Shown here: positions 25,020-36,806 of the stretch, piece by piece | Position numbering within the stretch: the stretch's first letter is position 1 | How the letters are laid out: every line of letters starts with the position of its first letter | NCBI GenBank assembly: GCA_051530055.1 | Contig: CM121343.1 | Coordinates: 6,542,389-6,606,388, forward strand | Source of the DNA: Neoechinorhynchus agilis | Taxonomy: Eukaryota; Animalia; Acanthocephala | Direction of reading: 5' to 3' | DNA length: 64,000 nt | Notes under the pieces: model-generated | Told to the model about the DNA's origin: nothing | Seen by the model: only the letters and a program-made list of their open reading frames with translations | Databases searched by the model: none | Program-made: the position numbers and the translations under genes

Positions 25020-25850
25020 AAACAAAACCTTGCAATTATATTGGACGCCTTTTATAATTAAGCTATAACTAATGAGAATATGAAAAAAGATTACATCTCA
25101 TCCGATCGCAAAACCCTGCAGTTCTATTGGACGCCTTTTATAAAAAAATTTTTTTAACAAATATACTAATTATTTTTGTGCGTTGGCGAATCCTGCCCCC
25201 GGTGCTTTCGTTACTCATTTATATTCGAAATATTTCACAAGGTTTTCCTTGCCTCTTCAGTCGATATTGCTTGTAAGTTTTTAAATATTCATCTAAAACA
25301 CGATATAAACAAAAAAAAGAGACAATATATAAATATACTAATTATATTGGCGCTAATAGTTCTTAAATTTTAAAAAATATTTTTAACTATACCGATCCGG
25401 AATTGGTGAGTTCAAAATAACATTTCCAAATTTCTGAAGCGTGATGGATAAATCTGCATGAGAAAAAAACGCATCATCCGGAAGGAAAACCTTGGAATTG
25501 TATTGGACGCCTTTATAATTATGCAATAATGAGAATCTGAATAATAGTCGCAAACAAATATACTAATTATATTGGCGTTGGTACTAGTTAAAGTTTAAAA
25601 AGTATTTTTAACTATATCGATCCGGAATTAATGTGTTAAAAACCCATTTACGAATTTCTGAAGCGTGATGGATAAATCTGCATGAGAAAAAACGCATCAT
25701 CCGGAAGGAAAACCTTGGAATTGTATTGGACGCCTTTATAATTATGCAATAATGAGAATCTGAATAATAGTCGCAAACAAATATACTAATTATATTGGCG
25801 TTGGTACTAGTTAAAGTTTAAAAAGTATTTTTAACTATATCGATCCATAT
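25020..25850. repeat. Degenerate repeats plus an about 238-bp two-copy duplication
   Basis: attggacgccttt occurs four times; the block gcgtgatggataaatctgcatgag...atcgatcc is duplicated at about 25440 and 25665. Confidence 0.8.
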
Positions 25851-26863
25851 CAAAATTTCTCAAGCTTGAGAGATAAATTCACATCAAAAAAATAAAGTAA
25901 AATACGACATTTATAAATAAATTGTTTTCATTGAAAAGTAAAATTGTACTAAACTACAAGAATAAAAACGATAGTAGCAAAATAATTGCAAACAAAAATT
26001 TCAAGGTCCTTAATCCAAAAAAATATATTTTATAACAACATTATTTGACATTTTAATAAAAAACCACAGAAGGAATATTTCATCTACGCCACATTAAAAG
26101 GTAACGAAAATGATTTTATTTTATAAAAATCAATTTAAAAAATTTTAATTTCCACTTTAAGGAAAGATAATTGAAGGCACAAGCATATCAAATAAGAGGC
26201 CTTACAAATTAGATTAAATTATACGGTTGAATTAATTGGAAGAGTGGGATAATTGAGAAGATAACTGCATGAAAGATCATAGCTAAGAAGGCAAGGTTGA
26301 ACCAATGAATAAACCAAAGTTTGTAGACGAGGGGGAGAGGCTTAGAAAACGTTTTGGAAATTAAGAAACAGAAATAAGAAAATATTTTGAAAACAAGAAA
26401 AGAATATATGTTATCGTGTGAATAGAACTGTACGGGTTCCACTGATAATTCTGAGAATGTTGATCCAACGGAAGAAGTCTCACCTCGGATGCTCAGTTGA
26501 AGACGATAAAAAGAACTAAAGGGTTCGCTAAGCGGAACGAGTGGGATAATCGATCAATAAGTGGAAAATATACGCAGCCTCAATGAGACTTATCGTAATA
26601 ATTAGCGATAATTAGAGGTTAGTTTTAAGAGCTTCCCACCATTTAATTAGTCCCGGTGGAGATTTCCGTCATAGAATTGCAACAACAAATGAAGAATTGA
26701 TTTGAATTTCTGAAACGGACAGGACTTTTAGTTTCGAATAATGGAAGCGTGCAATTTAGGACAGTTTCGTTTCACATTTGTACGCGTTCTCTTTTAGAGA
26801 AAACGACTTGCTCGTAGGGAACAGATGACACACATCCGAAAGTTCTTAGTCTCACTGTTGCTC

Positions 26864-29780
26864 CATGAGCAGAATGAGATATTATCCTTTTGCTTGGTTT
26901 CATGACGGTTTGTTTTGTCGAACTAAAAAGATTCAAATTGAACCTTTTTGAGCCAAATTCGAATTAATTTTGAATGAGTCCCAAATTGAATCCACATCTA
27001 AACCAAAATAATCCATTTGGTACCTTTTTGTACTTATTTTCCATTCATTAAAGACTAAAAATCCAATTTTGAACAACTCGTAAAGTATCCGCATCCCATG
27101 AATCCCAGGAATTTTCGTGATTGATACAATAACAAACCTCAGTCAATGAGCAGAATGAGATATTATCTTTTTGCTTGGTTTCATGACGTTTGTTTGTCAA
27201 ACTTAAAAGATTCAAATTGAACCTTTTTGAGCCAAATTCGAATAAAATTCGAATGAGTCCCAAATTGAATCCACATCTAAACCAAAATAATCCATTTGGT
27301 ACCTTTTTGTACTTATTATCCATTCATTAAAGACTAAAAATTCAATTTTGAACAACTCGTAAAGTATCCGCATCCCATGAATCCCAGGAATTGCGATTGA
27401 TACAATAACAAACCTCCAATGAGCAAATGAGATATTATCTTTTTGCTTGGTTTCATGACGTTTGTTTGTCAAACTTAAAAGATTCAAATTGAACCTTTTT
27501 GAGCCAAATTCGAATTAAATTCGAATGAGTCCCAAATTGAATACACATCTAAACCAAAATAATCCATTTGGTACCTTTTTGTACTTATTTTCCATTCATT
27601 AAAGACTTAAAATTCAATTTTGAACAACTCGTAAAGTATCCGCATCCCATGAATCCCAGGAATTTTCGCGATTGATACAATAACAAACCTCAGTCAATGA
27701 GCAGAATGAGATATTATCTTTTTGCTTGGTTTCATGACGGTTTGTTTGTCAAACTTAAAAGATTCAAATTGAACCTTTTTGAGCCAAATTCGAATTAAAT
27801 TCGAATGAGTCCCAAATTGAATACACATCTAAACCAAAATAATCCATTTGGTACCTTTCCGCATCCCATGAATCCCAGGAATTTTCGTCATTGATACAAT
27901 AACAAACCTCAGTCAATGAGCAGAATGAGATATTATCTTTTTGCTTGGTTTCATGACGGTTTGTCAAACTTAAAAATTCAAATTGAACCTTTTTGAGCCA
28001 AATTCGAATAAAATTCGGATGAGTCAAATGAATACATCTAAACCAAAATAATCCATTTGGTACCTTTTTGTACTTATTTTCCATTCATTAAAGACTAAAA
28101 ATGCACTTTTGAACAACTCGTAGAGTATCCGCATCCCATGAATCCCAGGAATTTTCGCGATTGATACAATAACAAACCTCAGTCAATGAGCAGAATGAGA
28201 TATTATCTTTTTGCTTGGTTTCATGACGGTTTGTTTGTCAAACTTAAAAGATTCAAATTGAACCTTTTTGAGCCAAATTCGAATTAAATTCGAATGAGTC
28301 CCAAATTGAATCCACATCTAAACCAAAATAATCCATTTGGTACCTTTTTGTACTTATTATCCATTCATTAAAGACTAAAAATCACTTTTGAACAACTCGT
28401 AAAGTATCCGCATCCCATGAATCCCAGGAATTTTCGCGATTGATACAATAACAAACCTCAGTCAATGAGCAGAATGAGATATTATCTTTTTGCTTGGTTT
28501 CATGACTTGTTTGTCAAACTTAAAAGATTCAAATTGAACCTTTTTGAGCCAAATTCGAATAAAATTCGGATGAGTCCCAAATTGAATACACATCTAAACC
28601 AAAATAATCCATTTGGTACCTTTTTGTACTTATTATCCATTCATTAAAGACTAAAAATGCACTTTTGAACAACTCGTAAAGTATCCGCATCCCATGAATC
28701 CCAGGAATTTTCGCGATTGATACAATAACAAACCTCAGTCAATGAGCAGAATGAGATATTATCTTTTTGCTTGGTTTCATGACGTTTGTTTTGTCGAACT
28801 TAAAAGATTCAAATTGAACCTTTTTGAGCCAAATTCGAATAAAATTCGGATGAGTCCCAAATTGAATACACATCTAAACCAAAATAATCCATTTGATACC
28901 TTTTTGTACTTATTATCCATTCATTAAAGACTAAAAATGCACTTTTGAACAACTCGTAAAGTATCCGCATCCCATGAATCCCAGGAATTTTCGCGATTGA
29001 TACAATAACAAACCTCAGTCAATGAGCAGAATGAGATATTATCTTTTTGCTTGGTTTCATGACGTTTGTTTTGTCAAACTTAAAAGATTCAAATTGAACC
29101 TTTTTGAGCCAAATTCGAATAAAATTCGGATGAGTCCCAAATTGAATCCACATCTAAACCAAAATAATCCATTTGGTACCTTTTTGTACTTATTATCCAT
29201 TCATTAAAGACTAAAAATTCAATTTTGAACAACTCGTAGAGTATCCGCATCCCATGAATCCCAGGAATTTTCGCGATTGATACAATAACAAACCTCAGTC
29301 AATGAGCAGAATGAGATATTATCTTTTTGCTTGGTTTCATGACGGTTTGTTTTGTCGAACTTAAAAGATTCAAATTGAACCTTTTTGAGCCAAATTCGAA
29401 TTAATTTTGAATGTGTCCCAAATTGAATCCACATCTAAACCAAAATAATCCATTTGGTACCTTTTTGTACTTATTTTCCATTCATTAAAGACTTAAAATT
29501 CAAATTTGAACAACTCGTATAGTATCCGCATCCCATTAATCTCACGAATTTTCGTCATTGATACGATAACAAACCTCAGTCAATGAGCAGAATGAGATAT
29601 TATCTTTTTGCTTGGTTTCATGACGGTTTGTTTGGTCAAGCTTAAAAGATTTAAATTGAACCTTTTCGAGCCAAATTCGAATTAAATTCGGATTTTTTAT
29701 GACTGCGTTCATTCAGGACTAAAAAATCAATTTTGAACAGCTCGTAGAGTATCCGCGTTCCATTAGAATAACAAACCTCA
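26864..29780. repeat. Tandem array, about 280-bp unit, about 10 copies
   Basis: caatgagcagaatgagatattatctttttgcttggtttcatgac... recurs at 277-281-bp spacing; one internally deleted unit near 27860. Confidence 0.95.
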
Positions 29781-31733
29781 TTCTTGCCTCAATTTTTTGT
29801 CTAGGATTAGCGAAGAATCCGTTTATTCTTTGTTCGTCGTATTCATATCTTTCCCTATCGCATGGAGATTTTCTTAGTGTTCGATTATGATTAATCGGTC
29901 TATTAAAACATTTATGGAATCCTTTAATATTGCCGTATGTCTGGTCAAGACATCAATTAGATAACTGTTAAATCATATTTTATCCTTTTAAAAGATGACA
30001 TGTCGCTATTAAAGGTTCTTACATAAGCCAATTCTTGGCATATAATCATATTCTCATGTTCCTCTTAGGATCCAGCGAGCTATCTGTGCATCGAACTTTT
30101 AACTTCGGTTCTATCAGACTAATTCAACCTCCAGTACTGCTTTAATTAATGCATCTTCTTTTTAATTTAGAACTCAACCCAGCCTCATTAAACGTCGATG
30201 ATTTTATTATGTAAAACTTTGTAGTTCATATTAAGAAATTATAAACTCTTTACTTAATCATCTTAGACAATATTGAACGTTTTTTTAATAATACTTTTTA
30301 TTTCATTGAAGAATAAGTCTTGTTTTTGTTCACGTTCTGATTTTTTTCAACCAAATTTCGTTTCAAACGTGTTATGAGTGCGAATTTATATTTTATACTC
30401 TAAAACGAATTCTTTATGCGGTTTATATTAAAGAATGATAAAAACGGTTTACTTTATCATCTCAGGCAACCTTGGACATTAAACTGATAAAACGCAAAAT
30501 GAAATTATCGATTTAAAAAACTAAGCATCTTTTTGTAAATATTGCATTTTAAAACTTTATTTAAATTTTTTTTGCGAAATAAATCTTGTTTTGGTTTAAA
30601 TGCTTATTTTTTGTAAGAGTTGTGGTTTGAATGATTTCTGCTCTGAGATTTTGAAGATTTTAACATTGTTTAATTCAACCAAAAAAATCGTTGCAATCGT
30701 AATTCGTGTGTAAATTTGTATTTTTCGCTCTTAAACGAAATCTTTTTTTTCGTATATATTCTTAAACATTTAACTCTTCTAAATTATCATTTTAAGTTTA
30801 CTTTATAGGACCATTTGAAATAAGCGACAATCAATCTAATTGATGTTTTAAACAGGTTCGCTTTTTACAAATCGAAATACATTATTTTTGTTGTTATCCA
30901 CGACTGTTAAAACGTTTCGCTGAACAATTCGAGAATAAAAAATATTGTTATAATCTTATTGTTGCAACCTGGTAAAGTTCGCTATCCACGCCGTCATTTA
31001 ATTAAAGGTTCGCTCAATTAAGTTATTTGCTGAACATTCTATTTCGCTACTTCTTGTAGATTGTACATGAAAATCTTTTCGGAACTTTTAAAAACCTACA
31101 GACCCCTTATTTTGTAATTTTGAATTCTTAAACCCTTATTTTTCGTTCTAGCTACATATCATTCATTATAGTTCGCTTTAACGTTAACCGTCTTGTCTAA
31201 CGTAATATTTAAAACCTTCACCATATGAACGATACTGACCTTCCGTCCAGATATTGTACCTTAAATAAGTTTTTTTTGAATTTGACACAAAATAAAATCA
31301 TGATTAATAATGCGTAATCGCCAGACTAACTTTCCCCACTTATTCCTTAAGGCAGTATACAAACCGACCGAAACTGTAAAGAGATTTCAATGTCAGCCAC
31401 TCAATTCATTTTTATCTTTTAGACAACTTTAATGATACCCTTCAGCGACAAAGATTGAACAATATGAAGAATGATCATTGAAAGTTAAGTATTCAAAAGA
31501 AGTCGCAATTTGTTTTACTTGTAATGTATGAAAAACTGCCCTCAATCTGCAAAGTTGAAGGTAAAACAAAAATAACTTAAAATGCCACAAGTTGAAATTA
31601 TATGTGCGTTCAATTTGTTCGTTTCAACGTGAGTAGAACATAGCTCCCGTTGAGCACTTTATAAACACGAATTTTGCAAGTCCTTCATAAATTTATTTAT
31701 GATTATCATGGCTGCAGACGTGGTAAGTCTTGC

Positions 31734-32832
31734 CTCTATAATCCCGAAGGATTTCCCTCGATGAATATTCAAATAGCCATCGACAGAAAATCCTTTGGGA
31801 TTATAGAGTTGGAATTGTTGTGATCTGACTCCTAAAAGTGATTGTTTAGATTTTTTACACTTTCTTGAAGAGTCTCAACTCTGTAATTCAAAAAGATTCT
31901 CCTCGATGAATATTCAAATAGCCATCGACAGAAAATCCTTTGGGATTATAGAGTTGGAATTGTTGTGATCTGACTCCTAAAAGTGATTGTTTAGATTTTT
32001 TACACTTTCTTGAAGAGTCTCAACTCTGTAATTCAAAAAGATTCCCCTCGATGAATATTCAAATAGCCATCGACAGAAAATCCTTTGGGATTATAGAGTT
32101 GGAATTGTTGTGATCTGACTCCTAAAAGTGATTGTTTAGATTTTTTACACTTTCTTGAAGAGTCTCAACTCTGTAATTCAAAAAGATTCTCCTCGATGAA
32201 TATTCAAATAGCCATCGACAGAAAATCCTTCAGGGTGATGGAGTTGGAATTGTTGTGTTCTGACTCCTAAAAGTGATTGTTTAGATTTTTTACACTTTCT
32301 TGAAGAGTCTCAACTCTGTAATTCAAAAAGATTCCCCTCGATGAATATTCAAATAGCCATCGACAGAAAATCCTTTGGGATGATAGAGTTGGAATTGTTG
32401 TGATCTGACTCCTAAAAGTGATTGTTTAGATTTTTTACACTTTCTTGAAGAGTCTCAACTCTGTAATTCAAAAAGATTCCCCTCGATGAATATTCAAATA
32501 GCCATCGACAGAAAATCCTTTGGGATTATAGAGTTGGAATTGTTGTGATCTGACTCCTAAAAGTGATTGTTTAGATTTTTTACACTTTCTTGAAGAGTCT
32601 CAACTCTGTAATTCAAAAAGATTCCCCTCGATGAATATTCAAATAGCCATCGACAGAAAATCCTTTGGGATTATAGAGTTGGAATTGTTGTGATCTGACT
32701 CCTAAAAGTGATTGTTTAGATGTTTTACACTCACTTGAAGGGTCTCAACTCTGTAATTCAAAAAGATTCCCCTCGATGAATATTCAAATAGCCATCGACA
32801 GAAAATCCTTTGGGATGATAGAGTTGGAATTG
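31734..32832 (+). repeat. Tandem array, 145-bp unit, about 7.5 copies, each with an approximately 80-nt imperfect hairpin
   Basis: Unit starts at 31895, 32040 and so on. The arms caactctgtaattcaaaaagattcccctcgatg and catcgacagaaaatcctttgggattatagagttg pair around a 14-nt loop. Confidence 0.95.
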
Positions 32833-33499
32833 CGATGTTCATGATCCCCTGGATAAAAAATATTTTATTGAATTCAGTCTCAAAAGTGAATTATCAAAAG
32901 ACGCGTTTTATCCAGAAATGCAATATTCCGCTATCCAAGATTATGATTACCACATCTCCTCTAAGTCTATCATCCTGAAGGATTTTCTCATGATGATTAA
33001 TATCACGTTTGTTTAGAAGATGAAGAAAAACGAGTTTTCATAAAATTCAGTTCGTGATATGCGGACAAAAATCATTAAATGGTCCGGATTTGGGTATTTC
33101 GCGTTCATCAGAAGCGACAACACTGATGCTAAACATACCACTTGACCATTTATTAAAATTATCGCTTAATAGAAGGATAATCGGATCGCTGAGGACTTTG
33201 CATACATTTTACAAGCAACTCAAACATTTTAGCTTAACTCCTTAAATGACTAAAGTAAATATCGTTCTCCAAATGAGTAGATAAGCATCACTCAGAGGTT
33301 CTTCGATATGAATTGCAAATGACAGTTTACATGATTATAACTGAGAGCATTTTTAAATTTCGTTCTAATGCATCGATGAATGGTTAAAAAAATGAACAAT
33401 TGCGCTCAATGACTCCACTGTTCTCAAAAATGAGATAACGCGTGAGAAACTAAATAAACCATTTATTTTTTATCGTAGTGTGCGAGAATATACGTCGTT

Positions 33500-36400
33500 G
33501 ACAGTCTGAGTTAAAATATAATGTACGTTTAGACTTCTTTAACGCCATTTGCAGGTTTATCGCTGACATTAGTCGTTAATAAAGGCAGTAAATGTGCCAA
33601 TTTGTATTTGCGGATAGGTCAGAGGCGATCGCTGATGATCCAGTTCACCAAATCAGGATCTTTGAATTAAATTTCCACGTTGAGAAAGTCTTAACACCTC
33701 AACAAATTTTAGATGTACCGTCAAATAGATCTTCTTCATTGTTAAGCTTACAGCATCAATCACTTTGCAGCTCGCCCCGATTCGAGGTCGTGTGCATCTT
33801 CCATCGCTGAGCAGTCAAGTTCATCCCTCGGAGAAAGGTTTTACTCCTGTGGTCGTCTCCCTCATTCCATGGCCAAATTTGTCCCATATTTAAAGGGCCA
33901 ACTCCCGAACGAAAATAATGTCCCAACCTCGAATGGTTCCTTTATTTATTCTTAGGTTCTTTTATGTAATTATACTTGCAGCTCGCTGAGCAGTCAAGTT
34001 CATCCCTCGGAGAAAGGTTTTACTCCTGTGGTCGTCTCCCTCATTCCATGGCCAAATTTGTCCCATATTTAAAGGGCCAACTCCCGAACGAAAATAATGT
34101 CCCAACCTCGAATGGTTCCTTTATTTATTCTTAGGTTCTTTTATGTAATTATACTTGCAGCTCGCTGAGCAGTCAAGTTCATCCCTCGGAGAAAGGTTTT
34201 ACTCCTGTGGTCGTCCCCTCATTCCATGGCCAAATTTGTCCCATATTTAAGGCACTCCCGAACGAAAATAATGTAACCCGAATGGTTCCTTTATTTATTC
34301 TTAGGTCTTTTAATTATACTTGCAGCTCGCTGAGCAGTCAGTTCATCCTCGGAGAAAGTTTACTCTGTGGTCGTCCCCTCATTCCATGGCCAAATTTGTC
34401 CCATATTTAAAGGGCCAACTCCCGAACGAAAATAATGTCCCAACCTCGAATGGTTCCTTTATTTATTCTTAGGTTCTTTTATGTAATTATACTTGCAGCT
34501 CGCTGAGCAGTCAAGTTCATCCCTCGGAGAAAGGTTTTACTCCTGTGGTCGTCTCCCTCATTCCATGGCCAAATTTGTCCCATATTTAAAGGGCCAACTC
34601 CCGAACGAAAATAATGTCCCAACCTCGAATGGTTCCTTTATTTATTCTTAGGTTCTTTTATGTAATTATACTTGCAGCTCGCTGAGCAGTCAAGTTCATC
34701 CCTCGGAGAAAGGTTTTACTCCTGTGGTCGTCTCCCTCATTCCATGGCCAAATTTGTCCCATATTTAAAGGGCCAACTCCCGAACGAAAATAATGTCCCA
34801 ACCTCGAATGGTTCCTTTATTTATTCTTAGGTTCTTTTATGTAATTATACTTGCAGCTCGCTGAGCAGTCAAGTTCATCCCTCGGAGAAAGGTTTTACTC
34901 CTGTGGTCGTCTCCCTCATTCCATGGCCAAATTTGTCCCATATTTAAAGGGCCAACTCCCGAACGAAAATAATGTCCCAACCTCGAATGGTTCCTTTATT
35001 TATTCTTAGGTTCTTTTATGTAATTATACTTGCAGCTCGCTGAGCAGTCAAGTTCATCCCTCGGAGAAAGGTTTTACTCCTGTGGTCGTCTCCCTCATTC
35101 CATGGCCAAATTTGTCCCATATTTAAAGGGCCAACTCCCGAACGAAAATAATGTCCCAACCTCGAATGGTTCCTTTATTTATTCTTAGGTTCTTTTATGT
35201 AATTATACTTGCAGCTCGCTGAGCAGTCAAGTTCATCCCTCGGAGAAAGGTTTTACTCCTGTGGTCGTCTCCCTCATTCCATGGCCAAATTTGTCCCATA
35301 TTTAAAGGGCCAACTCCCGAACGAAAATAATGTCCCAACCTCGAATGGTTCCTTTATTTATTCTTAGGTTCTTTTATGTAATTATACTTGCAGCTCGCTG
35401 AGCAGTCAAGTTCATCCCTCGGAGAAAGGTTTTACTCCTGTGGTCGTCTCCCTCATTCCATGGCCAAATTTGTCCCATATTTAAAGGGCCAACTCCCGAA
35501 CGAAAATAATGTCCCAACCTCGAATGGTTCCTTTATTTATTCTTAGGTTCTTTTATGTAATTATACTTGCAGCTCGCTGAGCAGTCAAGTTCATCCCTCG
35601 GAGAAAGGTTTTACTCCTGTGGTCGTCTCCCTCATTCCATGGCCAAATTTGTCCCATATTTAAAGGGCCAACTCCCGAACGAAAATAATGTCCCAACCTC
35701 GAATGGTTCCTTTATTTATTCTTAGGTTCTTTTATGTAATTATACTTGCAGCTCGCTGAGCAGTCAAGTTCATCCCTCGAGAAAGGTTTTACTCCTGTGG
35801 TCGTCTCCCTCATTCCATGGCCAAATTTGTCCCATATTTAAAGGGCCAACTCCCGAACGAAAATAATGTCCCAACCTCGAATGGTTCCTTTATTTATTCT
35901 TAGGTTCTTTTATGATTATACTTGCAGCTCGCTGAGCAGTCAAGTTCATCCCTCGGAGAAAGGTTTTACTCCTGTGGTCGTCTCCCTCATTCCATGGCCA
36001 AATTTGTCCCATATTTAAAGGGCCAACTCCCGAACGAAAATAATGTCCCAACCTCGAATGGTTCCTTTATTTATTCTTAGGTTCTTTTATGTAATTATAC
36101 TTGCAGCTCGCTGAGCAGTCAAGTTCATCCCTCGGAGAAAGGTTTTACTCCTGTGGTCGTCTCCCTCATTCCATGGCCAAATTTGTCCCATATTTAAAGG
36201 GCCAACTCCCGAACGAAAATAATGTCCCAACCTCGAATGGTTCCTTTATTTATTCTTAGGTTCTTTTATGTAATTATACTTGCAGCTCGCTGAGCAGTCA
36301 AGTTCATCCCTCGGAGAAAGGTTTTACTCCTGTGGTCGTCTCCCTCATTCCATGGCCAAATTTGTCCCATATTTAAAGGGTCAACTCCTGAATGGCACCT

Positions 36401-36700
36401 AATCGTAGTAATATCTTTTCGCTATCTTGATTCATTTCTCATAAAAAGCACTTACTATCCTTCGATCCCTTCCCACAACTCGTAACTGCGATGAACTTTA
36501 CAAGTTTCGATTCGGTTGGGTGCCATTCTGCGTTTCGCTTATTGTTTCCATACCATCGGCGTCATTCGTAAATTGGCTTCGCGTATAAATTCATGGTTAT
36601 GCATCGGTAACGGTTACAATGACTTACGGCGGCCTTCCATTCTATGTTAACCGTAAAAATTCCCTCGTCCTTATCCGTTTCCGTAAATGACGGTGTTAAT
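33500..36700 (-). pseudogene. Decayed GT31 glycosyltransferase (B3GLCT/Fringe-like) interrupted by the 179-bp array
   Basis: Minus-strand exons VKFIAVTSCGKGSKD|RVDPLNMGQIWPWNEGDDHRSKTF versus B3GLCT IFVAVKTCKKFHGDRI...QTW...IPNTDRGHCGKTF. Downstream NWIISDRL*PIRKYKLAHLL versus [21 protein letters not shown]. In-frame TGAs, the DxD motif is lost and no clear ATG is present. Confidence 0.4.
33804..36392. repeat. Tandem array, 179-bp unit, about 14.5 copies
   Basis: ctcgctgagcagtcaagttc... recurs at 33982, 34161 and onward; copies are nearly identical apart from one indel-rich copy at about 34200-34380. Confidence 0.97.
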
Positions 36701-36806
36701 TTGATGCTAAGTAAGATTCGCAATTCGAATAATGGTTAAAAAGAGAAATCGAGTCTCCTTTTTTTCTCGATTCGAGTAAATCTTCTGATCCACGTTTGTC
36801 CTTATA

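Noticed and set aside
26209-26550. Hydrophobic minus-strand open frame of about 115 aa
   Set aside because: No start or acceptor and no family motif; the hydrophobicity is explained by T-rich composition.
20916-29434. Repeated ORFs in the 205-bp and 280-bp arrays
   Set aside because: Products of tandem repetition, with near-cognate starts or low complexity and no recognizable domains.
31715-31740. AGGCAAGA on the minus strand matching the miR-31/72 seed
   Set aside because: Only the first 8 nt match and there is no complementary star arm for this segment.
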